Made by a program: the position numbers and the translations under genes | Shown here: in pieces, positions 23,503 through 39,402 of the stretch | Layout of the letters: each line of letters starts with the position of its first letter | Numbering within the stretch: position 1 is the first letter of the stretch | Notes under the pieces: generated by a model | Database searches by the model: none | The model's input: only the letters and a program-made list of their open reading frames with translations | Told to the model about the DNA's origin: nothing | Assembly: GCF_009914755.1 (NCBI RefSeq) | Contig: NC_060925.1 | DNA: 64,000 nucleotides | Source: the human T2T-CHM13v2.0 reference genome, Homo sapiens | Strand: one strand, 5' to 3'

Positions 23503-26500
23503 AAGTGACCTAGTGAATTGGCCAGGTGACATACTGGTAAGGGAGTAAAAGGACACTCTGAGTTAGTGCCCTCATGACACACAGCAAACTGTGATCATGA
23601 AAAGAGTGAGCTCAATAGTTTTCCATAAAATATGCTCAAAATTCGATGCAGTGGCCATGAGAGTACAGCTTTTGAAGTATGGTCAACCTATGGTACGTTA
23701 GGAAATGATAAGGGGAGGAAGAAATGGAAACCTAAACATCTACTGCAATGAAAACCAACAGCAATGACAGTAGGAGTAATTCAGCCTTCGTTGAAAACAT
23801 GACATCAAACACACTCTGGTTTCCCTGAATCTGTTGCCTCCAGGTGTTAACACAGAATTAAGCATCCACAATTGCTGAAAGTCACCTGGGGCATGGTGGG
23901 TTTTGATCTTCTTCCCCTTCTTTTCTTCCCCTTCTTCTTTCCTTCTTTGATCTTCTTCCCCTTCTTTTCTTCCCCTTCCCCTTCTTTTCAATTTCTGCAA
24001 TAAATTCAGACATGGACAGACACATTAAGCTGATTCCCCTACACACATAACAATCCACTGTCTAATCCTCACACAGGGACCTCAGGCTCCTCAGCATAAG
24101 AATAGGACACCGTGAGAGATATATTTCAGGAGGCCTGAAGGCTGGTCATGATAGAAATTCCTCGGTTTTTCTCCCAGAAACTGTGGGTAAAATGTCCCTA
24201 TTCTAGTAGATCGTTATCCCAATATCATTTGTCCCAAGTTTGTGCAAACAGTTATGCCATATTTTTCCAATCAACTTAAAGCAAATACCCTCAAATGATT
24301 TCTAGGAGAAAAACTGCAATATTTAGCCCTGTCTCATCAAATACTCAGATTGTTCATGGTTGTGAGGACTTTAGACACTGAAATTAGAGTGAAAAAGGAA
24401 ATCTACAAACCCTTGAGTCAAAATCATAGTTCTCTGAATTTGTCACATCTGCCCAGGTCCAATGTCATGAGGATAGGATCAGGGCGCCACAGGTACGGCC
24501 TGAGACTAGGAAGAGAGTCTTGCTCACTGACCCATCCCTTGCCTGGGCTTCCAGGTAGAACTAGAGTTTCATTCAACCTACATGTGCCTATAGGTCCTCC
24601 CTGTGGCAATGACATCTCTCAGCTCAGTAATGGCCACTTGGAGCAGGAATATGATCTTTATATGGAAGACTCAGTGGATCCTTATCACCTTCATAGAAAG
24701 GTACTCACCTCCCACGTCGAGAGAAAAGCCAACATGTTTTTCCTCCAATGCATAAAAGGAACTTCCATAGGGCTGGCAGGAGTCAGGCTGTTCAAGACAA
24801 CTGGAAGGAGTTGAATAACATCTATCCAGTGAGTCCTGCAAGACTTCAGGCTCTACTACCTCCAGCAGCTCCCTGCTGAGCCTGGAAAAGGAGGAAAAAG
24901 TAAAGAATAAGCCAGGGGAAATCAGACACAACAGAGCCCCAACTAGGTTTCATGGGTAGCATAGGGAAGTGGTTAAAAAACTAAAAGGATAGATCCATTA
25001 ATGAGGTAACAAATTATTGCCTTCATGTTGGGACAGAACAGGGCCAAATGGAAAAGAATGAAAGAGAAAGACAGATAGACACACACACACACACACACAC
25101 ACAGACACACACACACAGACACACACACACACACAGAGAGAGAGAACGAGCTCAGTGAATTGTCCAGGTGACACACTGATGAGGGAGTAACAGGACACTC
25201 TGAGTTAGTGCCCTCAGGACACACAGCATACAGGGATCATGAAAAGACTGTGCTCAATAATTTTCCATAAAATGTGCTCAAGTTTCCATGCAGTCGCCAT
25301 GAGAATACAGTTTTTGAAGTCTGGTCCACCTACAGTAGGTTAGTAAATGATAAGGGGAGGAAGAAATGGAAACCTAAATATCTACTGCAATGAAAACCAA
25401 CAGCAATGTTAGTAGGAATAATTCAGGCTTGCTGGAAAAGATGTAATCGATAATGTCAGCCCGCTCTGTTTTCCCTGAACCAGGAGTCTCCAGATGTCAA
25501 CACAGAAGTAGCTGTTCACAATTGCTCAGTTACCTGGGGCATGGTGGGCCTTGGTCTTCTTCCTCTTCTTGGTCCTTTTTAGTTCCTGCAATACATTCAG
25601 ACAGGGACAGACAAAATAAGCCAATTCACCTACACCCATAACAGTCCACTGTCTAATCCCCACACAGGGATCTCAGGCTCCTCAGCATGAGAACAGGACA
25701 ATGTGAGAGAGATACTTCAGGAGGCCTGAAAGCTGGTCATGATATTCTTTGGTTTGCATCTCAGAACCAAGGGTGAAATATCCCCATTCTGGTAGATCGT
25801 TATCCCAAAATCATTTATCCCAAGTTTGTGCAAACAGTTATGCCTTATTGTTCCCATCAGTTCAAAGAAAATGCCCCAGATGATTTCTAGGAGGAAAACT
25901 GCAGTATTCAGCCCTGTCTCATCAAATGCCCAGCTCGTTCATGGATGCAAGAATTTTAGACACTGAAATTAGAATGAAGGAGGAAATCTACAAACCCTTC
26001 AGTCCAAATCATACTTCTGTGAATTTTTTACATCTGCCTGGGTCCAATGTGCTGAGAGCGGGCTCAGCTTGCCACAGGCATGGCTGGAGACTAGGAATAG
26101 AGCCTTGCTCACTGACCCATTTCATGTCTAGGCTTCCAACTGAGACTACAGTTTCATTACAACCTATATGCGCCCATAGGTCCTGCCTGCGGCAATGACA
26201 TCTCTCGGGTCAGTAAGGGCCACTTGGAACAGGAATATCACCCCTATCTGGAAGACCAGGTGGAGGCTTATCACCTTCACAGTAAGGTACTCACTGTCCA
26301 CGTCAAGAGCCAAGCCAAGGTACTGTTCCTCCAATGAGTACACAGCACTGCTGTAGGGCTGGCCTAAGTCAGGCAGTTCAAGATAACCTGAAGGAGTCGA
26401 ATAACATCTATCCAGTGAGTCCTGCAAGACTTCAGGCTCTTTCTCATCCAGCAGCTCCCTGCTGAGCCTGGAAAAGTAGGAAAAAGTAAAGAATAAGCCA

Positions 26501-28233
26501 GGGGGAATCAGAAACCACACAGCCCCAGCTAGATTTCATGGCTAACATAAGGAACTGTTTAAAAAGAAAAAGGACAGATCCATTAATGAGGTAATGAATT
26601 ATTGCCTTTATGTTGGGATAGACCAGGGCCAGGTAGAAAAGAATGAAAGAGAAAGACAGGGAGAGGGAGGGAGAGAGAGAGAGAGAGAGAGAGGAGAAAG
26701 TAAGCTCAGCGAGTTGGCCGGGTGACACACTGATGAAGGGGTCAAAGGACACTCTGAGTTAGTGCCCTCGGGACACACAGCGAACAGTGATCATGAAAAG
26801 AGTGGGCTCAATAATTTTCCATAAACTTGCTCAAGATTCCATGCAGTTGCCATACAGCCTTTGAGGTATGGTCAACCTATAGTAAGTTAGTAAATGATAA
26901 GGGGAGGAAGAAATGGAAACCTAAACATCTACTGCAATGAAAACCAACAGCAATATCAGGAGGAGTAATTCAACCTTCGTTGAAAACATGAAATTGAACA
27001 CACTCTTGTTTTCCCTGGACCTGGCATCTCCAGGTGTCAACACAGAATTAAGCATCCATAATTGCTCAAAGTTACCTGGGGCATGATGGGTCTTGGTCTT
27101 CTTCCACTTCTTGGTACTTTTCAATTTCTGCAATAAGTTCAGACATGGACAGACATATTAAGCTGGTTCTCCTACACACATAACAATCCACTGTCTAATC
27201 CTCACACAGGGACTTCAGGCTCCTCAGCATGAGAATAGGACACTGTGAGAGATAGTCTTCAGGAGGCCTGAAGGCTGATCACCATAGAGATTCCTTGGTT
27301 TTTGTCCCAGAAACTGTGGGTAAAATTCCCTATTCTGGTAGATCGTTATCCCAATATCATTTGTCCCAAGTTTGTGCAAATGGTTATGCCATATTTTTCC
27401 AATCGATTTAAAGCAAATGCCCCCAAATGGTTGCTAGGAGAAAAACTGCACTATTCAGCCCTGTCTCATCAAATACTCAGATTGTTCACGGTAGCGAGGA
27501 TTTTAGACGCTGAAATTAGAGTGAAGGATGAAATCTACAAGATCTACAAAATTGAGACAAAATCAGAGTTGTGTGAATTTGTCACATCTGCCCAGGTCCA
27601 ACGTCATGAGAGTAGGATTAGGGCGCCACAGGCATGGCCTGAGACTAGGAAGAGAGCCTGGCTCACTGACCCATCCCTTGTCTGGGCTTCCAAGTGGAAC
27701 TAGAGTTTCATTCAACCTACATGTGCCTATAGGACCTCCCTGTGGCAATGACATCTCTCAGCTCAGTAAGGGCCACTTGCAGTAGGAATATGACCCTAAC
27801 CAGAAGACTCAGTGGATCCTTATCACCTTCATAGAAAGGTACTCACCATCCATGTCAACAGCCAAGCCAACACGCTGTTGCTCCAATACGTAAAAGGCAC
27901 TTCTGTAGGGCTGGCATGAGTCAGTCAGTTCAAGACAACCTGAAGGAGTTGAATAACTTCTATCCAGTGAGTCCTGCAAGACTTCAGGCCCTTTCTCATC
28001 CAGCAGCTCCCTGCTGAGCCTGGAAAAGTGGGAAAAAGTAAAGAATAAGCCAGGGGGAATCAGAAACCACACAGCCCCAGCTAGATTTCATGGCTAACGT
28101 AAGGAAGAGTTTGAAAAGAAAAAGGACAGATCCATTAATGAGGTAACAAATTATTGCCTTTATGTTGGGATAGAACAGGGCCAGGTAGAAAACAATGAAA
28201 GAGAAAGACAGAGAGAGAGAGAGAGACAGAGAC

Positions 28234-28264
<31 letters not shown>

Positions 28265-29839
28265 AAGTGACCTAGTGAATTGGCCAGGTGACATACTGGT
28301 AAGGGAGTAAAAGGACACTCTGAGTTAGTGCCCTCATGACACACAGCAAACTGTGATCATGAAAAGAGTGAGCTCAATAGTTTTCCATAAAATATGCTCA
28401 AAATTCGATGCAGTGGCCATGAGAGTACAGCTTTTGAAGTATGGTCAACCTATGGTACGTTAGGAAATGATAAGGGGAGGAAGAAATGGAAACCTAAACA
28501 TCTACTGCAATGAAAACCAACAGCAATGACAGTAGGAGTAATTCAGCCTTCGTTGAAAACATGACATCAAACACACTCTGGTTTCCCTGAATCTGTTGCC
28601 TCCAGGTGTTAACACAGAATTAAGCATCCACAATTGCTGAAAGTCACCTGGGGCATGGTGGGTTTTGATCTTCTTCCCCTTCTTTTCTTCCCCTTCTTCT
28701 TTCCTTCTTTGATCTTCTTCCCCTTCTTTTCTTCCCCTTCCCCTTCTTTTCAATTTCTGCAATAAATTCAGACATGGACAGACACATTAAGCTGATTCCC
28801 CTACACACATAACAATCCACTGTCTAATCCTCACACAGGGACCTCAGGCTCCTCAGCATAAGAATAGGACACCGTGAGAGATATATTTCAGGAGGCCTGA
28901 AGGCTGGTCATGATAGAAATTCCTCGGTTTTTCTCCCAGAAACTGTGGGTAAAATGTCCCTATTCTAGTAGATCGTTATCCCAATATCATTTGTCCCAAG
29001 TTTGTGCAAACAGTTATGCCATATTTTTCCAATCAACTTAAAGCAAATACCCTCAAATGATTTCTAGGAGAAAAACTGCAATATTTAGCCCTGTCTCATC
29101 AAATACTCAGATTGTTCATGGTTGTGAGGACTTTAGACACTGAAATTAGAGTGAAAAAGGAAATCTACAAACCCTTGAGTCAAAATCATAGTTCTCTGAA
29201 TTTGTCACATCTGCCCAGGTCCAATGTCATGAGGATAGGATCAGGGCGCCACAGGTATGGCCTGAGACTAGGAAGAGAGTCTTGCTCACTGACCCATCCC
29301 TTGCCTGGGCTTCCAGGTAGAACTAGAGTTTCATTCAACCTACATGTGCCTATAGGTCCTCCCTGTGGCAATGACATCTCTCAGCTCAGTAATGGCCACT
29401 TGGAGCAGGAATATGATCTTTATATGGAAGACTCAGTGGATCCTTATCACCTTCATAGAAAGGTACTCACCTCCCACGTCAAGAGAAAAGCCAACATGTT
29501 TTTCCTCCAATGCATAAAAGGAACTTCCATAGGGCTGGCAGGAGTCAGGCTGTTCAAGACAACTGGAAGGAGTTGAATAACATCTATCCAGTGAGTCCTG
29601 CAAGACTTCAGGCTCTACTACCTCCAGCAGCTCCCTGCTGAGCCTGGAAAAGGAGGAAAAAGTAAAGAATAAGCCAGGGGAAATCAGACACAACAGAGCC
29701 CCAACTAGGTTTCATGGGTAGCATAGGGAAGTGGTTAAAAAACTAAAAGGATAGATCCATTAATGAGGTAACAAATTATTGCCTTCATGTTGGGACAGAA
29801 CAGGGCCAAATGGAAAAGAATGAAAGAGAAAGACAGATA

Positions 29840-29882
<43 letters not shown>

Positions 29883-32800
29883 ACACACACACACAGAGAG
29901 AACGAGCTCAGTGAATTGTCCAGGTGACACACTGATGAGGGAGTAACAGGACACTCTGAGTTAGTGCCCTCAGGACACACAGCATACAGGGATCATGAAA
30001 AGACTGTGCTCAATAATTTTCCATAAAATGTGCTCAAGTTTCCATGCAGTCGCCATGAGAATACAGTTTTTGAAGTCTGGTCCACCTACAGTAGGTTAGT
30101 AAATGATAAGGGGAGGAAGAAATGGAAACCTAAATATCTACTGCAATGAAAACCAACAGCAATGTTAGTAGGAATAATTCAGGCTTGCTGGAAAAGATGT
30201 AATCGATAATGTCAGCCCGCTCTGTTTTCCCTGAACCAGGAGTCTCCAGATGTCAACACAGAAGTAGCTGTTCACAATTGCTCAGTTACCTGGGGCATGG
30301 TGGGCCTTGGTCTTCTTCCTCTTCTTGGTCCTTTTTAGTTCCTGCAATACATTCAGACAGGGACAGACAAAATAAGCCAATTCACCTACACCCATAACAG
30401 TCCACTGTCTAATCCCCACACAGGGATCTCAGGCTCCTCAGCATGAGAACAGGACAATGTGAGAGAGATACTTCAGGAGGCCTGAAAGCTGGTCATGATA
30501 TTCTTTGGTTTGCATCTCAGAACCAAGGGTGAAATATCCCCATTCTGGTAGATCGTTATCCCAAAATCATTTATCCCAAGTTTGTGCAAACAGTTATGCC
30601 TTATTGTTCCCATCAGTTCAAAGAAAATGCCCCAGATGATTTCTAGGAGGAAAACTGCAGTATTCAGCCCTGTCTCATCAAATGCCCAGCTCGTTCATGG
30701 ATGCAAGAATTTTAGACACTGAAATTAGAATGAAGGAGGAAATCTACAAACCCTTGAGTCCAAATCATACTTCTGTGAATTTTTTACATCTGCCTGGGTC
30801 CAATGTGCTGAGAGCGGGCTCAGCTTGCCACAGGCATGGCTGGAGACTAGGAATAGAGCCTTGCTCACTGACCCATTTCATGTCTAGGCTTCCAACTGAG
30901 ACTACAGTTTCATTACAACCTATATGCGCCCATAGGTCCTGCCTGCGGCAATGACATCTCTCGGGTCAGTAAGGGCCACTTGGAACAGGAATATCACCCC
31001 TATCTGGAAGACCAGGTGGAGGCTTATCACCTTCACAGTAAGGTACTCACTGTCCACGTCAAGAGCCAAGCCAAGGTACTGTTCCTCCAATGAGTAAACA
31101 GCACTGCTGTAGGGCTGGCCTAAGTCAGGCAGTTCAAGATAACCTGAAGGAGTCGAATAACATCTATCCAGTGAGTCCTGCAAGACTTCAGGCTCTTTCT
31201 CATCCAGCAGCTCCCTGCTGAGCCTGGAAAAGTAGGAAAAAGTAAAGAATAAGCCAGGGGGAATCAGAAACCACACAGCCCCAGCTAGATTTCATGGCTA
31301 ACATAAGGAACTGTTTAAAAAGAAAAAGGACAGATCCATTAATGAGGTAATGAATTATTGCCTTTATGTTGGGATAGACCAGGGCCAGGTAGAAAAGAAT
31401 GAAAGAGAAAGACAGGGAGAGGGAGGGAGAGAGAGAGAGAGAGAGAGAGGAGAAAGTAAGCTCAGCGAGTTGGCCGGGTGACACACTGATGAAGGGGTCA
31501 AAGGACACTCTGAGTTAGTGCCCTCGGGACACACAGCGAACAGTGATCATGAAAAGAGTGGGCTCAATAATTTTCCATAAACTTGCTCAAGATTCCATGC
31601 AGTTGCCATACAGCCTTTGAGGTATGGTCAACCTATAGTAAGTTAGTAAATGATAAGGGGAGGAAGAAATGGAAACCTAAACATCTACTGCAATGAAAAC
31701 CAACAGCAATATCAGGAGGAGTAATTCAACCTTCGTTGAAAACATGAAATTGAACACACTCTTGTTTTCCCTGGACCTGGCATCTCCAGGTGTCAACACA
31801 GAATTAAGCATCCATAATTGCTCAAAGTTACCTGGGGCATGATGGGTCTTGGTCTTCTTCCACTTCTTGGTACTTTTCAATTTCTGCAATAAGTTCAGAC
31901 ATGGACAGACATATTAAGCTGGTTCTCCTACACACATAACAATCCACTGTCTAATCCTCACACAGGGACTTCAGGCTCCTCAGCATGAGAATAGGACACT
32001 GTGAGAGATAGTCTTCAGGAGGCCTGAAGGCTGATCACCATAGAGATTCCTTGGTTTTTGTCCCAGAAACTGTGGGTAAAATTCCCTATTCTGGTAGATC
32101 GTTATCCCAATATCATTTGTCCCAAGTTTGTGCAAATGGTTATGCCATATTTTTCCAATCGATTTAAAGCAAATGCCCCCAAATGGTTGCTAGGAGAAAA
32201 ACTGCACTATTCAGCCCTGTCTCATCAAATACTCAGATTGTTCACGGTAGCGAGGATTTTAGACGCTGAAATTAGAGTGAAGGATGAAATCTACAAGATC
32301 TACAAAATTGAGACAAAATCAGAGTTGTGTGAATTTGTCACATCTGCCCAGGTCCAACGTCATGAGAGTAGGATTAGGGCGCCACAGGCATGGCCTGAGA
32401 CTAGGAAGAGAGCCTTGCTCACTGACCCATCCCTTGTCTGGGCTTCCAAGTGGAACTAGAGTTTCATTCAACCTACATGTGCCTATAGGACCTCCCTGTG
32501 GCAATGACATCTCTCAGCTCAGTAAGGGCCACTTGCAGTAGGAATATGACCCTAACCAGAAGACTCAGTGGATCCTTATCACCTTCATAGAAAGGTACTC
32601 ACCATCCATGTCAACAGCCAAGCCAACACGCTGTTGCTCCAATACGTAAAAGGCACTTCTGTAGGGCTGGCATGAGTCAGTCAGTTCAAGACAACCTGAA
32701 GGAGTTGAATAACATCTATCCAGTGAGTCCTGCAAGACTTCAGGCCCTTTCTCATCCAGCAGCTCCCTGCTGAGCCTGGAAAAGTGGGAAAAAGTAAAGA

Positions 32801-32989
32801 ATAAGCCAGGGGGAATCAGAAACCACACAGCCCCAGCTAGATTTCATGGCTAACGTAAGGAAGAGTTTGAAAAGAAAAAGGACAGATCCATTAATGAGGT
32901 AACAAATTATTGCCTTTATGTTGGGATAGAACAGGGCCAGGTAGAAAACAATGAAAGAGAAAGACAGAGAGAGAGAGAGAGACAGAGAC

Positions 32990-33020
<31 letters not shown>

Positions 33021-34595
33021 AAGTGACCTAGTGAATTGGCCAGGTGACATACTGGTAAGGGAGTAAAAGGACACTCTGAGTTAGTGCCCTCATGACACAC
33101 AGCAAACTGTGATCATGAAAAGAGTGAGCTCAATAGTTTTCCATAAAATATGCTCAAAATTCGATGCAGTGGCCATGAGAGTACAGCTTTTGAAGTATGG
33201 TCAACCTATGGTACGTTAGGAAATGATAAGGGGAGGAAGAAATGGAAACCTAAACATCTACTGCAATGAAAACCAACAGCAATGACAGTAGGAGTAATTC
33301 AGCCTTCGTTGAAAACATGACATCAAACACACTCTGGTTTCCCTGAATCTGTTGCCTCCAGGTGTTAACACAGAATTAAGCATACACAATTGCTGAAAGT
33401 CACCTGGGGCATGGTGGGTTTTGATCTTCTTCCCCTTCTTTTCTTCCCCTTCTTCTTTCCTTCTTTGATCTTCTTCCCCTTCTTTTCTTCCCCTTCCCCT
33501 TCTTTTCAATTTCTGCAATAAATTCAGACATGGACAGACACATTAAGCTGATTCCCCTACACACATAACAATCCACTGTCTAATCCTCACACAGGGACCT
33601 CAGGCTCCTCAGCATAAGAATAGGACACCGTGAGAGATATATTTCAGGAGGCCTGAAGGCTGGTCATGATAGAAATTCCTCGGTTTTTCTCCCAGAAACT
33701 GTGGGTAAAATGTCCCTATTCTAGTAGATCGTTATCCCAATATCATTTGTCCCAAGTTTGTGCAAACAGTTATGCCATATTTTTCCAATCAACTTAAAGC
33801 AAATACCCTCAAATGATTTCTAGGAGAAAAACTGCAATATTTAGCCCTGTCTCATCAAATACTCAGATTGTTCATGGTTGTGAGGACTTTAGACACTGAA
33901 ATTAGAGTGAAAAAGGAAATCTACAAACCCTTGAGTCAAAATCATAGTTCTCTGAATTTGTCACATCTGCCCAGGTCCAATGTCATGAGGATAGGATCAG
34001 GGCGCCACAGGTATGGCCTGAGACTAGGAAGAGAGTCTTGCTCACTGACCCATCCCTTGCCTGGGCTTCCAGGTAGAACTAGAGTTTCATTCAACCTACA
34101 TGTGCCTATAGGTCCTCCCTGTGGCAATGACATCTCTCAGCTCAGTAATGGCCACTTGGAGCAGGAATATGATCTTTATATGGAAGACTCAGTGGATCCT
34201 TATCACCTTCATAGAAAGGTACTCACCTCCCACGTCGAGAGAAAAGCCAACATGTTTTTCCTCCAATGCATAAAAGGAACTTCCATAGGGCTGGCAGGAG
34301 TCAGGCTGTTCAAGACAACTGGAAGGAGTTGAATAACATCTATCCAGTGAGTCCTGCAAGACTTCAGGCTCTACTACCTCCAGCAGCTCCCTGCTGAGCC
34401 TGGAAAAGGAGGAAAAAGTAAAGAATAAGCCAGGGGAAATCAGACACAACAGAGCCCCAACTAGGTTTCATGGGTAGCATAGGGAAGTGGTTAAAAAACT
34501 AAAAGGATAGATCCATTAATGAGGTAACAAATTATTGCCTTCATGTTGGGACAGAACAGGGCCAAATGGAAAAGAATGAAAGAGAAAGACAGATA

Positions 34596-34648
<53 letters not shown>

Positions 34649-37600
34649 AGAGAGAGAACGAGCTCAGTGAATTGTCCAGGTGACACACTGATGAGGGAGT
34701 AACAGGACACTCTGAGTTAGTGCCCTCAGGACACACAGCATACAGGGATCATGAAAAGACTGTGCTCAATAATTTTCCATAAAATGTGCTCAAGTTTCCA
34801 TGCAGTCGCCATGAGAATACAGTTTTTGAAGTCTGGTCCACCTACAGTAGGTTAGTAAATGATAAGGGGAGGAAGAAATGGAAACCTAAATATCTACTGC
34901 AATGAAAACCAACAGCAATGTTAGTAGGAATAATTCAGGCTTGCTGGAAAAGATGTAATCGATAATGTCAGCCCGCTCTGTTTTCCCTGAACCAGGAGTC
35001 TCCAGATGTCAACACAGAAGTAGCTGTTCACAATTGCTCAGTTACCTGGGGCATGGTGGGCCTTGGTCTTCTTCCTCTTCTTGGTCCTTTTTAGTTCCTG
35101 CAATACATTCAGACAGGGACAGACAAAATAAGCCAATTCACCTACACCCATAACAGTCCACTGTCTAATCCCCACACAGGGATCTCAGGCTCCTCAGCAT
35201 GAGAACAGGACAATGTGAGAGAGATACTTCAGGAGGCCTGAAAGCTGGTCATGATATTCTTTGGTTTGCATCTCAGAACCAAGGGTGAAATATCCCCATT
35301 CTGGTAGATCGTTATCCCAAAATCATTTATCCCAAGTTTGTGCAAACAGTTATGCCTTATTGTTCCCATCAGTTCAAAGAAAATGCCCCAGATGATTTCT
35401 AGGAGGAAAACTGCAGTATTCAGCCCTGTCTCATCAAATGCCCAGCTCGTTCATGGATGCAAGAATTTTAGACACTGAAATTAGAATGAAGGAGGAAATC
35501 TACAAACCCTTGAGTCCAAATCATACTTCTGTGAATTTTTTACATCTGCCTGGGTCCAATGTGCTGAGAGCGGGCTCAGCTTGCCACAGGCATGGCTGGA
35601 GACTAGGAATAGAGCCTTGCTCACTGACCCATTTCATGTCTAGGCTTCCAACTGAGACTACAGTTTCATTACAACCTATATGCGCCCATAGGTCCTGCCT
35701 GCGGCAATGACATCTCTCGGGTCAGTAAGGGCCACTTGGAACAGGAATATCACCCCTATCTGGAAGACCAGGTGGAGGCTTATCACCTTCACAGTAAGGT
35801 ACTCACTGTCCACGTCAAGAGCCAAGCCAAGGTACTGTTCCTCCAATGAGTAAACAGCACTGCTGTAGGGCTGGCCTAAGTCAGGCAGTTCAAGATAACC
35901 TGAAGGAGTCGAATAACATCTATCCAGTGAGTCCTGCAAGACTTCAGGCTCTTTCTCATCCAGCAGCTCCCTGCTGAGCCTGGAAAAGTAGGAAAAAGTA
36001 AAGAATAAGCCAGGGGGAATCAGAAACCACACAGCCCCAGCTAGATTTCATGGCTAACATAAGGAACTGTTTAAAAAGAAAAAGGACAGATCCATTAATG
36101 AGGTAATGAATTATTGCCTTTATGTTGGGATAGACCAGGGCCAGGTAGAAAAGAATGAAAGAGAAAGACAGGGAGAGGGAGGGAGAGAGAGAGAGAGAGA
36201 GAGAGGAGAAAGTAAGCTCAGCGAGTTGGCCGGGTGACACACTGATGAAGGGGTCAAAGGACACTCTGAGTTAGTGCCCTCGGGACACACAGCGAACAGT
36301 GATCATGAAAAGAGTGGGCTCAATAATTTTCCATAAACTTGCTCAAGATTCCATGCAGTTGCCATACAGCCTTTGAGGTATGGTCAACCTATAGTAAGTT
36401 AGTAAATGATAAGGGGAGGAAGAAATGGAAACCTAAACATCTACTGCAATGAAAACCAACAGCAATATCAGGAGGAGTAATTCAACCTTCGTTGAAAACA
36501 TGAAATTGAACACACTCTTGTTTTCCCTGGACCTGGCATCTCCAGGTGTCAACACAGAATTAAGCATCCATAATTGCTCAAAGTTACCTGGGGCATGATG
36601 GGTCTTGGTCTTCTTCCACTTCTTGGTACTTTTCAATTTCTGCAATAAGTTCAGACATGGACAGACATATTAAGCTGGTTCTCCTACACACATAACAATC
36701 CACTGTCTAATCCTCACACAGGGACTTCAGGCTCCTCAGCATGAGAATAGGACACTGTGAGAGATAGTCTTCAGGAGGCCTGAAGGCTGATCACCATAGA
36801 GATTCCTTGGTTTTTGTCCCAGAAACTGTGGGTAAAATTCCCTATTCTGGTAGATCGTTATCCCAATATCATTTGTCCCAAGTTTGTGCAAATGGTTATG
36901 CCATATTTTTCCAATCGATTTAAAGCAAATGCCCCCAAATGGTTGCTAGGAGAAAAACTGCACTATTCAGCCCTGTCTCATCAAATACTCAGATTGTTCA
37001 CGGTAGCGAGGATTTTAGACGCTGAAATTAGAGTGAAGGATGAAATCTACAAGATCTACAAAATTGAGACAAAATCAGAGTTGTGTGAATTTGTCACATC
37101 TGCCCAGGTCCAACGTCATGAGAGTAGGATTAGGGCGCCACAGGCATGGCCTGAGACTAGGAAGAGAGCCTGGCTCACTGACCCATCCCTTGTCTAGGCT
37201 TCCAAGTGGAACTAGAGTTTCATTCAACCTACATGTGCCTATAGGACCTCCCTGTGGCAATGACATCTCTCAGCTCAGTAAGGGCCACTTGCAGTAGGAA
37301 TATGACCCTAACCAGAAGACTCAGTGGATCCTTATCACCTTCATAGAAAGGTACTCACCATCCATGTCAACAGCCAAGCCAACACGCTGTTGCTCCAATA
37401 CGTAAAAGGCACTTCTGTAGGGCTGGCATGAGTCAGTCAGTTCAAGACAACCTGAAGGAGTTGAATAACTTCTATCCAGTGAGTCCTGCAAGACTTCAGG
37501 CCCTTTCTCATCCAGCAGCTCCCTGCTGAGCCTGGAAAAGTGGGAAAAAGTAAAGAATAAGCCAGGGGGAATCAGAAACCACACAGCCCCAGCTAGATTT

Positions 37601-37745
37601 CATGGCTAACGTAAGGAAGAGTTTGAAAAGAAAAAGGACAGATCCATTAATGAGGTAACAAATTATTGCCTTTATGTTGGGATAGAACAGGGCCAGGTAG
37701 AAAACAATGAAAGAGAAAGACAGAGAGAGAGAGAGAGACAGAGAC

Positions 37746-37776
<31 letters not shown>

Positions 37777-39351
37777 AAGTGACCTAGTGAATTGGCCAGG
37801 TGACATACTGGTAAGGGAGTAAAAGGACACTCTGAGTTAGTGCCCTCATGACACACAGCAAACTGTGATCATGAAAAGAGTGAGCTCAATAGTTTTCCAT
37901 AAAATATGCTCAAAATTCGATGCAGTGGCCATGAGAGTACAGCTTTTGAAGTATGGTCAACCTATGGTACGTTAGGAAATGATAAGGGGAGGAAGAAATG
38001 GAAACCTAAACATCTACTGCAATGAAAACCAACAGCAATGACAGTAGGAGTAATTCAGCCTTCGTTGAAAACATGACATCAAACACACTCTGGTTTCCCT
38101 GAATCTGTTGCCTCCAGGTGTTAACACAGAATTAAGCATCCACAATTGCTGAAAGTCACCTGGGGCATGGTGGGTTTTGATCTTCTTCCCCTTCTTTTCT
38201 TCCCCTTCTTCTTTCCTTCTTTGATCTTCTTCCCCTTCTTTTCTTCCCCTTCCCCTTCTTTTCAATTTCTGCAATAAATTCAGACATGGACAGACACATT
38301 AAGCTGATTCCCCTACACACATAACAATCCACTGTCTAATCCTCACACAGGGACCTCAGGCTCCTCAGCATAAGAATAGGACACCGTGAGAGATATATTT
38401 CAGGAGGCCTGAAGGCTGGTCATGATAGAAATTCCTCGGTTTTTCTCCCAGAAACTGTGGGTAAAATGTCCCTATTCTAGTAGATCGTTATCCCAATATC
38501 ATTTGTCCCAAGTTTGTGCAAACAGTTATGCCATATTTTTCCAATCAACTTAAAGCAAATACCCTCAAATGATTTCTAGGAGAAAAACTGCAATATTTAG
38601 CCCTGTCTCATCAAATACTCAGATTGTTCATGGTTGTGAGGACTTTAGACACTGAAATTAGAGTGAAAAAGGAAATCTACAAACCCTTGAGTCAAAATCA
38701 TAGTTCTCTGAATTTGTCACATCTGCCCAGGTCCAATGTCATGAGGATAGGATCAGGGCGCCACAGGTATGGCCTGAGACTAGGAAGAGAGTCTTGCTCA
38801 CTGACCCATCCCTTGCCTGGGCTTCCAGGTAGAACTAGAGTTTCATTCAACCTACATGTGCCTATAGGTCCTCCCTGTGGCAATGACATCTCTCAGCTCA
38901 GTAATGGCCACTTGGAGCAGGAATATGATCTTTATATGGAAGACTCAGTGGATCCTTATCACCTTCATAGAAAGGTACTCACCTCCCACGTCGAGAGAAA
39001 AGCCAACATGTTTTTCCTCCAATGCATAAAAGGAACTTCCATAGGGCTGGCAGGAGTCAGGCTGTTCAAGACAACTGGAAGGAGTTGAATAACATCTATC
39101 CAGTGAGTCCTGCAAGACTTCAGGCTCTACTACCTCCAGCAGCTCCCTGCTGAGCCTGGAAAAGGAGGAAAATGTAAAGAATAAGCCAGGGGAAATCAGA
39201 CACAACAGAGCCCCAACTAGGTTTCATGGGTAGCATAGGGAAGTGGTTAAAAAACTAAAAGGATAGATCCATTAATGAGGTAACAAATTATTGCCTTCAT
39301 GTTGGGACAGAACAGGGCCAAATGGAAAAGAATGAAAGAGAAAGACAGATA

Positions 39352-39402
<51 letters not shown>
